DNA of 64,000 nt, from contig CM035355.1 in assembly GCA_020137815.1 (NCBI GenBank), positions 6,324,001-6,388,000 of the forward strand, in the 5' to 3' direction. Both the position numbers and the translations under genes were made by a program. Of the stretch, positions 52,456-64,000 are shown piece by piece. The notes under the pieces are model-generated. The model worked only from the letters and a program-made list of their open reading frames with translations, had not been told where the DNA came from and did not search any database. This DNA comes from Hormiphora californensis. Lineage: Eukaryota > Animalia > Ctenophora. The first letter of the stretch is position 1; every line of letters starts with the position of its first letter.

Positions 52456-52836
52456 GGGGTGCTGCGTGATCGGAGGAGGGAGGAGTGCCACCTGGAATCT
52501 CATAACATTATCATTATGGCCTTTTTATCCGATCGCGATCCTGCCCTTCTTTCCTTAAAAACTATCCACTTACAGACTATGTTTTATTCGATGTAGTAGA
52601 GTTGAGGTTATGCTTAGTTATTGTTATCTTATGCCTGGTAGGTGTGAATATTGGTGCTGGTAGCGGATTGGTCAGGAAAAGAGAGAGAAGCTTGTTTATA
52701 CAGAGAGGGAGAGAGAGTATGAGAAAAAGAGGGAGAGAGAGTATGAGAAAAAGATGGAGAAAGCACTGCTTCGTATCTTAGACAAACAACAAGTGCTGAA
52801 GAACGTATGTGTGAAACAATTTGAGAGTGTGTGAGA

Positions 52837-52872
<36 letters not shown>

Positions 52873-53357
52873 AAGAGAGAGAGAAAGAAAAGAGAGAGGA
52901 TGATTGTTGCATGTGTTTGGGGTTAGTTTTCTTTTCATTTCATAACTTGTATTATCGTTTGTAGATACGGCTATTTCATTTCGTGTGCATGTGTGGAGGA
53001 TATTAAGACAGATTTATTAGACATCAAATATTACAATATTTATGCTGTACAGAGTGTCATGTATACAGAGTGTCATGCTAGACGTGTCCATTATCTTTCT
53101 AGTTTATTATCTTGCATCTCATGTTTTCTGTGTATACGGTACCAACAGCGCCTTGTTTAAACTCGTCATTTCTCCTTTTTTCTGTAATCGCAATCTCCCT
53201 TTCTCTTCCTTTCTCTCTCTATCTCCCTATCTCTCGTTCACTCTCTCATTTCTCTATTTCACCTCGACCAGGCGGTGTTGGTTTGTTATAATCAGTGTCA
53301 TTTAACTAACCATCTCCTCTTCTCTCTTCTAGTGTTCGTGCGTCTCAAAATCTCAAC

Positions 53358-56300
53358 ATGACTGAAGGAAAGTAAGTTCATTCCAGAATCTGGTTATCAA
53401 TTCATCTTCCTTTTATGTCAATTATATCGAATACAAGTACTCCATTTAATTCTTCTTTATCGTATACAAGTACATACTCCATTTAATTCTGCTTTGACTT
53501 CTTTTTAATCCATTTTATCTCATCTCAGGGCTGATATCGCTCTTATTGGGTTGGCGGTTATGGGACAGAACCTGATCCTGAACATGAACGACCATGGTTT
53601 TACTGTGTGTGCCTTCAACCGAACTGTTGCTAAGGTTGACGAGTTCATGAACAATGAGGCGAAGGGTAAGTGTGGGGGCTGGGATTAGATAATGGGGGGG
53701 GGAGTATATGGGCTAGGTGATAGCTCAGTCATTGCTGACATTTAGATTTCAGGGTAAATGGTACCATTTTGTGTAGCGAGAGATCTTGCGTACCTAGATA
53801 TTTGATCTGCCGAACTTTGAAATGCAGTGTGAGCTACACAACTAGATATTCACCTAGCTGTTCTGCAGTCTGTACCTTTGTATGTACCTACACCTAAAAT
53901 AGTTCTCCCCAGTAAACAGTAGTGGTCTATAGAGACTATTATAGAGAGAAGCTCATTAAAATGGTACAATAGACCTGTGTTTATATTTTGACGAGAGAGG
54001 GAGGGGCTTGCTTTATGTTCTTCATTCATCAATATACCATTGTTTGGCTTTCTGAAGGCACAAAAGTTCTCCAGAACACCAAAGCAACTTGACCCCCTTT
54101 TGATGACAAAGCCCCTTTTTTCCTTTCTTTTTTTGACAAAGCCCCTTCTTAACAGCTGTTTTATTCTTCAAACAAACAATATATCTGTCCAGTCTCCACA
54201 AAAACAAATATAATATTTTGCCCCAAAAACTTTCCTCTTTTTGTGGACCACTCTCTGTCACAAACTCAATACTGCTTTGCCCTCCCGCGCGGCGCCCCCC
54301 GCGCATCAAAAGATCCCAATTTCAGCACTCCCTCTCGGTCTCGCAGCATGGTTTATGGGACACTCAATCTTTGTATTTTCCATCCCATAATCATGACCAG
54401 GGGGTAATAATCAAATGAGTAGTCCAGAAATAGAGAACATAAGGCATATGTTCATGAAATATAATTAACCCAGATGACTCAGTCACGATCATGGGATTTT
54501 CTACAAAAAAGCATCACATTTCTCCCATAAAACTCCGAGCCCTTTATTCTCTAACTCTCTTATTCCCCAGGCACAAAGATCATTGGTGCCCGGTCCCTGC
54601 TCGAGATGGTGTCTCATCTCAAGAAACCAAGGAGGGTAATGATGCTGGTAAAGGCTGGGGCTGCAGTGGACTCTTTCATTGACCTCCTGGTGCCCCTTCT
54701 GGATGCAGGAGATATCATTATTGATGGAGGTGAGAGGGGGGAATAGGACACAATTAAGGGTAAACTGAGGGAAACTAGAACTATCCTAGCATATTTGAGG
54801 CATGGTCTAAAACCCATATGGAGAGATCGCCCTGCATTCGAAAAAATTTTAAGCCAAGCGAGATAGTTAAATCTATCCCCCAACCCCCAGGAAACTCGGA
54901 GTACCTGGACACGAACCGAAGGGTCCGATCTCTAGCTGAAAAGGGTATTCTCTTTGTGGGATCTGGGGTCTCAGGAGGAGAGGAGGGTGCCCGATATGGA
55001 CCCAGTATCATGCCTGGTGGATCAAAGGAGGCGTGGTAAGTAATTACAGGGGGTGTGTTAAAAATGTTAAATAAGTAGCACAAGAGTCTTGTAAAAATGT
55101 TTGTTAACAAACTTTAAAGTTTGGCCTCTAATTTCGGCTATTTCTTACTTCTTTCCCTTGTCGTTAGTTTCTGTGATCTAACACATCATCTCCTTAACCC
55201 CCTCCTCCCTCTGCAGGCCCCATATCAAGCCGATCTTCCAGGCCATCTCAGCCAAGGTTGGGATTGCCAAGGAGCCATGCTGTGACTGGGTTGGGGATGA
55301 GGGTGCAGGTCACTATGTCAAGATGGTCCACAATGGTATTGAGTATGGTGACATGCAGTTAATGTGTGAGGCGTACCAACTGATGAAGAACGCTTTGGGC
55401 ATGTCTTGTGACGAGATGAGCAAGGTAAGACGATCGAAGATACATAATTAATAATAATAATGATATTTTGATCCGGCACTATGATGTCTTGCCCGGTCGG
55501 CGAGACTTAGCTTTGAACTGATTACAATCCCAGATTAGCAAACCAAAAAACACTTTCTCACCCCGACATCAGGTAATGGGAGAGTGGAACAAGGGAGACC
55601 TAGACTCCTTCCTCTGTGAGATTACCACCAACATTCTAGCCTACAAGGACACTGATGGAGAGCCCCTCCTGGAGAAGATCATGGACAAAGCGGGACAAAA
55701 GGGAACTGGAAAATGGACTGGAATTTCCGCACTGGATATGGGTGTTCCTCTTACTCTTATCAGTGAGTTAAACCACCGTTTTCTATAGTAACCATGATTA
55801 CTAGTTATCTAGAGTTGTAACAATTAGTAAAAAACACCCCAGTATTTGTTTGAGGTAGTACCCCTACTCCCCCAACCCCCCAAATTGATACATATTATTA
55901 TCTCTTTCCAGGTGAAGCAGTGTTTGCCAGGTGTCTCTCTGCAATGAAGGACATCAGGGTAACCTCTAGTAAGAGTCTCTCTGGACCCAGCACTAAATTC
56001 ACTGGGGACAAGGCCGCATTCATTGAGGCAATCCGACAGGTATGCAGTTTTACATGGCACTAACCCCCCCCCCCCCCCCCCCTTGCACGCCATATTCCCA
56101 CTACTTTTATTACCTTTTTTGACTGGGGTTGTGTGCTGCAGAGAAAGTTGTGTCTCCAGCTATGCATGAAAACCATATCTCGGTATAGTATGATCCTTCT
56201 ATCTGTTAATACTATTTCATTTCAGGCTCTGTACGCTAGTAAGATTATCTCCTATGCTCAAGGGTTCATGCTGCTCAGACAGGCCGCTAAGGAGTTCAAT

Positions 56301-57151
56301 TGGGAGTTGAACTATGGAGGTTCGTTTCATTACGTAGCTTTACTATCCTTAATAAATAAATTATTGCAGTCGGTGATCCCTATTAGCTGTACTACTGACT
56401 AATTGCTAATCACTACTAATTGCTAGTAAATTACCAGTTGCATTAATTTCAGGTATTGCTCTGATGTGGAGGGGTGGATGTATTATCAGGAGTAGGTTCC
56501 TTGGAAACATCAAGGAGGCATTTGATAAGAACTCTGCCTTGGAAAACCTTCTTCTTGATGACTTCTTCAACGTGAGTTAATTAGCTAATTAGTTAATTGT
56601 ATGCATACTTTGTATTCCAACTAAAGATGTATCTTAACTCTCTTTCCAGAAAGAACATAAACTCCTCTTCCCTCCAGAAAGCCATCTCTGAGTGCCAAGA
56701 CGGATGGAGGGAGGTAGTTTCTGTCGCAGTAAAGATAGGAGTTCCAGTACCCGCATTTTCATCTGCCCTTGCTTTCTATGATGGTGTGAGGAGTGAGCGA
56801 TTACCCGCCAATCTTCTCCAGGTACTGATCATGCATTACTCGGCCCTCTCTCTCTCTCTCTCTCTTCTTGTCATGTTGAGCAACTCCCCCCGCGCTCTTG
56901 GTAGCTATGTTACCCCTCCATGTGGCGTATGTTGTTTCCGGGATCCTCCCACCACCCACATGTCCATGTGGATTGTGGACTATGGTTCCGTGAACAACCC
57001 CCAAATAACCCCCCTTCTCTCTATTCACCAGGCCCAGAGGGACTACTTTGGGGCACACACCTACGAGCGGCTCGACAACCCCGGTACATTCCAACATACC
57101 GACTGGACTGGGCAGGGTGGCCGAGTCTCTTCTACCACTTACAACGCATGA
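53358..57151 (+). CDS. PGD: 6-phosphogluconate dehydrogenase, decarboxylating, about 11 exons
   Basis: MTEGK|[29 protein letters not shown]; [21 protein letters not shown]; [20 protein letters not shown]; [12 protein letters not shown]; WRGGCIIRS; LPANLLQ|[18 protein letters not shown]. Confidence 0.97.
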
Positions 57152-57937
57152 GTGGGAATTTAGTACTCTCAGCGGAAAAAGTGGTGACTTCCTGAATGAA
57201 GCCCCTGCTATTTTGGAGGGATATAAGAGAGAAAAACATTTTTGAAAAATGCATTATATGTGACGATATAACAAAAACTATGTGCATATTCAGCAGTTAT
57301 TTTGTGTAGTTTTTACATGTGAGAGATTTATTTTTGTTGATTTTTTGAGACGCACAATCTATAATAGTTGAAGCATTTGAAATTAACTTGTTTTGGTGAT
57401 ATTATCTCTATCATCTAACATACATCACACCACAGCTCCATGAACATGAACAAGTTGTTCCAAAGCACAAGACCATCTTGTACCCCCTATACTCAACAAT
57501 TCAACAATCAACATCCTGATACAGTATTTCCACACTCTATCCCCACGAAGATCCAAGCTATTACAATAGCTGCAGGATGCACAAGATGTACTTCATTCCA
57601 TCAAATGTAAGTGGCCGGATTCAATTTAATGTCGGATAAAATAATTTGTTCGGACGAAGTTTGGTTGAGTTCCCCCGTCCCCTCTGTCAATCACTACTTA
57701 CTATTACTTCGAGAGGTGTATATCCTGTCAGTGTCAGGCCAATGCTCTGACAGTGTATATCGGGTTGGGCAGAAGCGAAGTTGGGTAATTGGCAGATCCT
57801 GCTCCTATCTCCCTGCAAACGTTCATCCCCATCCCTGACATGTGTGTCCGCTACAATTATAATCCCTCTCCCAGTCTCCCATGTCATAGGGTTTTCCCAC
57901 ACGCATACAGGGAGAGAGAGGTGCGTCACACACAGGA

Positions 57938-57996
<59 letters not shown>

Positions 57997-58188
57997 TCCC
58001 TTTATAGACTAATCGTGTACAAATACGGCTCATATCAGGCCGTTTGACGCCCATTTTTAAATTCCCACTCCCTGTTGCACATACTGATACAGACACATTT
58101 TAATGCGAACTAATTTAGGTGTAGAAAGAGCGTGTTTCACCGCACCACGTTTAATTTGTTACAGCTTGTTGACCCCCCCCCCCTCCCT

Positions 58189-58227
<39 letters not shown>

Positions 58228-58327
58228 CACAATTGTTCTGTGCAATTCTGTATGTTTGTAGTGATTCCTATTTCCGGTACGACGATAGACAATGCGATAG
58301 ACAGACTATGTCGAGATATGTAATAGA

Positions 58328-60465
58328 ATGATAGTGCTGCCATTCTTGTCCCTCCTTCTCATCCTTCCCCTAGTTTGTCGAGCCCCAGACCATTCACATA
58401 GGTTGGTACCCGTTCCGGGCATTCAATGAGATGTATCAATTCCTTTTGTGTGTGTTTTCACTCATTCCACCTGTCTCCTTATTCCACCGACTCTCCCAAT
58501 CCCAATCTCCAGGAGCATCAGTAAAATCTTACCTGTTAGAGCATTGGCCTGGCCCTATTCTCATTTCTCTCAAACTGACAGAATCTGACCCTACATCTCC
58601 CCGCAGGAGCGCTAGTAGAATCTGACTCACCCGAGGCCCGGATATTGGACTATGTTGTTGAGTATGTGAACAGACGTAATGATCTCTTGCCTGGATTCTA
58701 CCTCCGGGTAAATGCCTGACTCGTACTGTGTGAGTCACAATGTGACTCGACGGGCAACTTCAAAGTGTGACGAGAGCTGACTCCAACAGTCCAACACCCC
58801 CCTAAACACCCTTAACTCCTGATCCCTTTCCCTAACAGCCCCTTCATAACCCTCCTTTTTATGTTAATTGTTACAGATGCGGTACCCCCAACTATATCCC
58901 TCCCTTTATGTTACAGATGCGGTACCCCCAGCTTGGTGACGTGCACGATAACCTGGTGTATGAAGCCCTCCACATGGTCGAGAAGGGTGTCTCGGTGATG
59001 ATCCCAGGACTCAGAGCACCCGACATCCTCGTTCTACACCGCCTCCTATCACCCAAGGGTCTTACACTGGTGAGAAGTGTGTAGGAACTATCTTTGTTCA
59101 TCAATTTTATATCTACTGTACTTTTCAACCAGGACAGTGACGTTCTCGGTCTCCATTTCTCTGATAAAACGAGTTCTGTTTCTCAACAAATAACCCCTCT
59201 CTCCCACCCAGATTGTTCCATTTGAAACCTCTGACGAGCTAGCGGGAAGGAACTTCCTGATTCAAATGAACACCCCGATACACGTGCTCAACAAGGCCAT
59301 TTGTGAGAGTGTCAGACATTTTAACTGGACCCGGATATCTGTATTAGCAGCTGATGGTCCTTGGAGTCGGTACATTCAGGGACTTTGGAGTTCGTGCATG
59401 CATGAGGGTGTTACCATAGCAACACTACAAAAACACGCCATCCCGTCCAGACCACATCTTATTGATGTCCAAGGTACTGCAGCTATATCACTGACCGTCA
59501 AAAGAAAATTTGACGGTCTATTAGCTAACCATGCACGTTTTCTCCTGTAAACGTCATCTGGGAGGGGGGGGGGGTAACCTGTAACTATGGTAACAACACG
59601 TGTGGGTAACTATGACATCATCACTCTGTGACGTCACCAACTGTGTGTTTTCAGCGGAGCTCCGTTTCCTGAAGAGAGCCAGTGCCCGGGTTATTGTCCT
59701 AGTGACTGACATGACGTATGCACCTCGGATACTTAGTGCAGCTTATGAGAGCGGGTTACTGGAGGCAGGGTACGCTTGGGTTATAGTTGACATACACGAG
59801 AGATTTGTAAGTAGATATTACAGCTAGATACTTATTACTTAGGGTAGGTTAGTGGTTTGTAGTTCTAGATCCGTGATCTCAAGATGCGATGAGTAGTTCT
59901 CAAATTCAAAATTGATCTTCGATTCCTGAGCTTGAGAGAGATTCTAGTTCTCATCCCGATTCCTTCAGGCTGATATGTACGAACATTCAATACCTGCTGG
60001 TTTTCCACCCTACCTCCGGGGGCTACTAGTTCTCCGGCCTCTAACATCGGAGGGAAATCTACTGAGAGAGTTCCAACGGGAATGGATCCCACGAAATATC
60101 GAAACTTCCGTGAGTAACTAGTGGTTACCAGTGGTAACTGATCATCAGTAACTAGTGGTTACCACTAGTTACTGATCATCAGTAACCAGTGGTTACCAAT
60201 GGTAACTGATCATCAGTAACTAGTGGTTACCAATGGTAACTGATCATCAGTAACCACTAACCAGTGGTTACCAATTGCAACTGCTTATCAGTAACTAGTG
60301 GTTACCAATGGTAACTGACCATCTGTAACTAGTCGTTACCAATAAGCAACATTCAAATAAACTGAAATCCCTATTTCAGCCAGTAGCATCTCTGTACAGC
60401 GATGCGGTACTTCTGTTTTCATATGCTCTCCACGAGCTAGATGTGGATGGACTCCCATTTTCAGA
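58328..60465 (+). CDS. Receptor with an N-terminal ANF-receptor/periplasmic-binding-type domain (iGluR ATD, class C GPCR or receptor guanylyl cyclase); partial, continues beyond the window
   Basis: Signal peptide MIVLPFLSLLLILPLVCRA (extra C at ~58385) then QTIHIG|ALVE..VVEYVNRRNDLLPGFYLR; HFNWTRISVL; LKRASARVIVL..ILSAAYESGLLEAGYAWVIV; LYSDAVLLFSYAL. Confidence 0.8.
60113..60345. repeat. Intronic ~34-nt tandem repeat built from short palindromes (gtaactagtggttac / tgatca)
   Basis: Repeated gtaactagtggttaccaatggtaactgatcatca starting just after a donor site. Confidence 0.85.
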
Positions 60466-61080
60466 GGTAACCATAGTAACTAGATAGCGACTATAGCAAC
60501 CATTACATAGCAACCGTTACATAGTAACTAGACAGCGTCCATAGCAACCATAACATAGTAACTAGAGAGTTTCGTAACCATGGCAACAAAGAGGTGGTAG
60601 ACAGGGTTGATTGATACCAAGTGATTTTAGTTCAAAGCAAGGTGGGCAGCGTTTCACGAAGAATCCGATGATACCCTATCTGTAAGACATCGAAACCAGC
60701 TGGCTACATTTCCATTTAAAGCTACCTACATTTCTATTGCAAGCTACCTACATTTCTATTGCAAGCTAGCTACATTTCCATTTCATACCGGCTACATTTT
60801 CATTGCAAGCTAAATATGATTTATATATTGCTGCTTCTCCTAGCTGGGCACCAAGATTTACTGTGCACACATTACCCAGTTCGTTCGTGGCAGCTATGTG
60901 TAACCCCGTGCTTGAGATCAAGAGTTGTTTCTGTGCAATAGAACTGCTGAGCTGTCAACCTACAGAAAAAGTGGCGAAATTGCGTTTTGACGGGTTTTTG
61001 ACAGCAAAAACAAAATGATTTAATCCATACTAATAAAAGTAAAATATGTTTAAACTTTTTACTTTAAACAAATTAAAGTG

Positions 61081-61280
61081 AAACCCAACCAAAAATAGTC
61101 TCCACTCGGGTTATGTGACATTTCACACGGTCATTCCTCACACCCCTGATGAGATAGAGACTTGAAATTCTGAGGAGTTTTTCCTAACCTCAAAATTTCA
61201 ATGCTCTATCTCATCAGGGGGTGAAGCAATGACCGGAAAATTTCACAAAACCCGAATGAGGGCAATATTTGATTGGGTTT
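61081..61280. repeat. Imperfect ~200-bp palindrome (MITE-like)
   Basis: aaaccca..cggtcatt..cccctgatgagatagag..ttgaaatt pairs with aatttcaa..ctctatctcatcagggg..aatgaccg..tgggttt. Confidence 0.75.
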
Positions 61281-61390
61281 TCCCTCAATTTGATAAAAGA
61301 TATATATTTAATCTTTCTTATCTCTCATATCTTATCTCTTAAATGCACCATCTGTCATATTGGTATCAAGAACCGTGCATCCAAACATAA

Positions 61391-62366
61391 TTACTGCCGT
61401 TGCTCAGCTCCATTCGCACCCCCCGCTCCAGCAAATGTCCCGGAGCTCCAATCCGTATCCATGTCACTTTCCGTCGTATCAATATCTGTATTGGGGAGAC
61501 GGTTTGTTACGAAATAACTTCACACTATACTAATTAGAATCTACACGTTAATTGGTACTCTACTATAGTGCCTTTTCTATTTTGATTTGTCTACACCCCT
61601 TCACATGCGCGGATGGTTAAGAACAAGATATATGTATGTACTTAATTATTAAGTAAGTTAATACTTATTATCATTATTAATACTTATTAATACTTATTAT
61701 CATTATTATGTATACCTGGATATAGCATCTGCATTTCCAGCCTCTTGATCATCTTATCCTTCTTCAGACAGTCTTTCTGACATGATTGCATCTGCTCCAG
61801 TGCCTTATCTTTTTCCTTTCTAGCCTTTCTAGCCCTTTCTTTCCAAATGTTTGATTCTTTCTCTCTATAATTTATTTCCTCAGTTTGAGATTCTTTGTCG
61901 TGAGTGTTTACCACCCGTACCGCTGGCGCATTCTCGTCGCTGTATTTCGCTGCCTGCTCGATTCTGAAAAGGAAAAAGTTGATACTACCAATGTTGAGTG
62001 ACGTATTTGAACCGATCTATATACTATATGCAAATGTGTAGTAAACAACTCTAAATGATCCTGTGCGAGAGAGATTAAGGGAAAGAAAAGGGGAAGCCTG
62101 GATATCAGCCAGTGACGCTTAAATGATAACCTATAATAATGATAAACTTACAAAGGTATCGGCACGACAGCAGTATTTTTGGCGACATGGCTGCAACCAG
62201 CCTTATCTTGGACAGCATTATCTGGTGCCGTATTCTCAGTCTCCTCCGCTAGTTTTTGTTTCTTTTTGGCCAAATTGGCTCGTTGAACCCTTTTTCTTAT
62301 CTTATCTTTATGCCTCTTTTCAATAACTTCGTCAGTGACATTAGTAATATCTTTCATTGGAGTCAT
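61391..62366 (-). CDS. Orphan 185-aa basic/coiled-coil protein with an acidic tail; 3 exons; antisense within the receptor gene's intron
   Basis: Exons 62152-62366, 61716-61963 and 61391-61485 are joined by GT-AG introns with concordant phases (2, 1), giving 558 nt including the stop. Confidence 0.7.
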
Positions 62367-62594
62367 CTTCGTTTTAACTTTGCATCAACTACAACTACAA
62401 ATATATAAAATCGTCAGTGTAATGTCTGGTCTCGATATCACAAGTATGTACACATGTGTTTACAGTGCACAATGTATACAATAGTGGTTATAAAATTAAA
62501 TTTAAAAGCTTGCCAGTGAAACTAAAAGCAAATCAACGGAATAACATTTTCACTGTCACTGATAAATGGAAGATCGGTAAAGAAGCAGGTGACA

Positions 62595-63298
62595 AGGTTG
62601 CAGTCGTGCAGGCTTGGTGTCACTCAAACAATACAGGAGTAACGAACTGAAAAAGTAGTGCTGAGAAATGAAGACTTTCTTTTGAATCTCTATGATAGGG
62701 TGGGACAGAAAGTGGGACATTTTATGTTCCAAAACATGATATGCTAAATTTTTGCCATGCTACGCAGTCTGTCTATCGGCACTTAAGCGCTTACGCTCGC
62801 CCTTCGGGCTCGCGTAAGCTCACACCGGGCCTTCGGCCCGGTGTGAGAGCTGACAGACAAGGAACATGTCAACTAAATTTCGCGCACGAACACAATGACA
62901 AATATAGACCATATAATGTCAGAATTACATGCCAAAATGACCAAAAAAGTAGGGCCAAATTGCCTAGCTAGACTGTGTTTCGTGCGCCCCTCCTTTACAA
63001 ATGTAAAGGAGGGTTAAAACATAACAAGGGCAAAAAACCCGTCTCGAGGGTATACCGTCTAGACGTTGCATGCGGCAAAACGAAAATTGCCATATAAATC
63101 TTAACTCATTGAATGAGCACTAACGAGCCAGGTGTCTACACCGATAAAGATGAAGGTTACAATAATGTATAGACAAGAGGTTGCAGTCGTGCAGGCTTGT
63201 TATCACTCAAACAATACAGGAGTAACGAACTGAAAAAGTAGCGAAGAGAAATGAAGAGTTTCTTTTGAATCTCTAGGGTGGGACAGAAAGTGGGACAT
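62595..63298. repeat. ~125-bp direct repeat pair (62595-62720 and 63178-63298)
   Basis: aggttgcagtcgtgcaggcttg..tcactcaaacaatacaggagtaacgaactgaaaaagtag..agggtgggacagaaagtgggacat occurs twice. Confidence 0.9.
62721..63027. mobile_element. Short non-autonomous element with TTATGTT/AACATAA ends and internal hairpins; end fragments are dispersed elsewhere in the window
   Basis: Ends tttatgttccaaaac / gttaaaacataacaa. Hairpins gccc-ttc-gggc, cacaccgggcc-ttc-ggcccggtgtg and ctcctttaca-aa-tgtaaaggag. A related terminus occurs at 8848-8907, 11412-11440 and 20279-20340. Confidence 0.6.
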
Positions 63299-63300
63299 AT

Positions 63301-63373
63301 TAAAGTGAAAGCGAAACAACAACGATTGCACGACGCGTTATAGCCAGTTCGTTGTTGTTTCGCTTTCACTTTA
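63301..63373. repeat. Mini hairpin element with a 24-bp perfect stem
   Basis: taaagtgaaagcgaaacaacaacg ... cgttgttgtttcgctttcacttta. Confidence 0.8.
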
Positions 63374-63414
63374 TGTCATAACATGATAGACAGTGTTCCC
63401 TCTACCTTTCTCTA

Positions 63415-63664
63415 AGGAGGGAGAGAAGGAGGGAGAAGGAGGGAGAGAGGAGGGAGGAGAAAGGGAGAGAGGGGAGGAGGAGCGGCGAGAGAGAGCAGAA
63501 GAGAGAGAGAGAGAGGAGAGAGAGAGCGAGAGAGAGAGAGAGAGCGGAGAACAGAGAGAGGAGAGAGAGAGGAGAGAGCTCGAGAAGAGTAGCCGAACTT
63601 AGAGAGTAGAGAGAGATCTAGAGAGAGAGAGAGATCTATCTATACTATCTCTCTCTCTCTCTCC

Positions 63665-63745
<81 letters not shown>

Positions 63746-64000
63746 ACATAAAATAACCGAAACGAAACGAAACGAAACGAAAAAATTTGAGAAAAAATAA
63801 ACGAAGCGAAACGAAACGAAAAATTTTCGACAAAAAAAACTGAAACTAAAATTTTTTAGTCTTCATAAACCGAAACGAAACGAAACGAAAAAATTTGAGA
63901 AAAAATATACGAAACGAAACGAAACGAAAATTTTTCAGTCTTCATAAACCGAAACGAAACGAAACGAAAAAAATTTGAGAAAAAATAAACGAAACGAAAC
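63415..64000. repeat. (GA)-rich/(TC)n inverted microsatellite followed by a (CGAAA)n-based repeat running off the window
   Basis: GA-rich 63415-63632; TC 63648-63743; ccgaaacgaaacgaaacgaaaaaatttgagaaaaaata units from 63757. Confidence 0.85.

Noticed and set aside
61047-61080. gtttaaactttttactttaaacaaattaa resembles my recollection of a ctenophore spliced leader
   Set aside because: AT-rich partial match recalled from memory, with no AG|GT donor or Sm site after it, and it extends an arm of the adjacent palindrome. Would need alignment to verified SL sequences.

Overview
Eukaryotic, animal-type genomic DNA: gene-dense, with short GT-AG introns (CTAAC/CTAAT branch points, C-rich pyrimidine tracts) and many (GA)n/(TC)n microsatellites. 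The overall organisation resembles a compact-genome invertebrate such as a ctenophore, but the taxon is an inference. About 17 protein-coding genes can be read. Minus strand: a CFAP97-domain ciliary protein with a ~57 x 12-aa repeat, and PPP4R4 with a PHOSPHO2-like phosphatase nested antisense in one intron. Plus strand, two co-oriented runs: (i) a trefoil/Ig/FN3/kringle membrane protein, KHK, SAYSD1, TBC1D16-like; (ii) CYP20A1-like, TM2D1, NUDT7-like, ECM29/ECPAS, RAD51D-like, MPI, PGD, and an ANF-receptor-domain receptor that runs off the window. An unknown multipass membrane gene lies between the runs, and a spliced orphan gene sits antisense in the last intron. Most notable: (1) operon-like gene runs with gaps as short as 67 nt and an unpaired splice acceptor before almost every start codon, suggesting SL trans-splicing; (2) intronic tandem arrays that copy a whole 3' splice site plus the first codons of the next exon, where each copy ends in an in-frame stop and variants are almost all synonymous; (3) pervasive RFX X-box palindromes, including inside coding exons; (4) several foldback/MITE elements, two with clear target-site duplications. 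Many single-base indels break otherwise intact genes and probably reflect an unpolished long-read assembly, so exon boundaries are manual readings.
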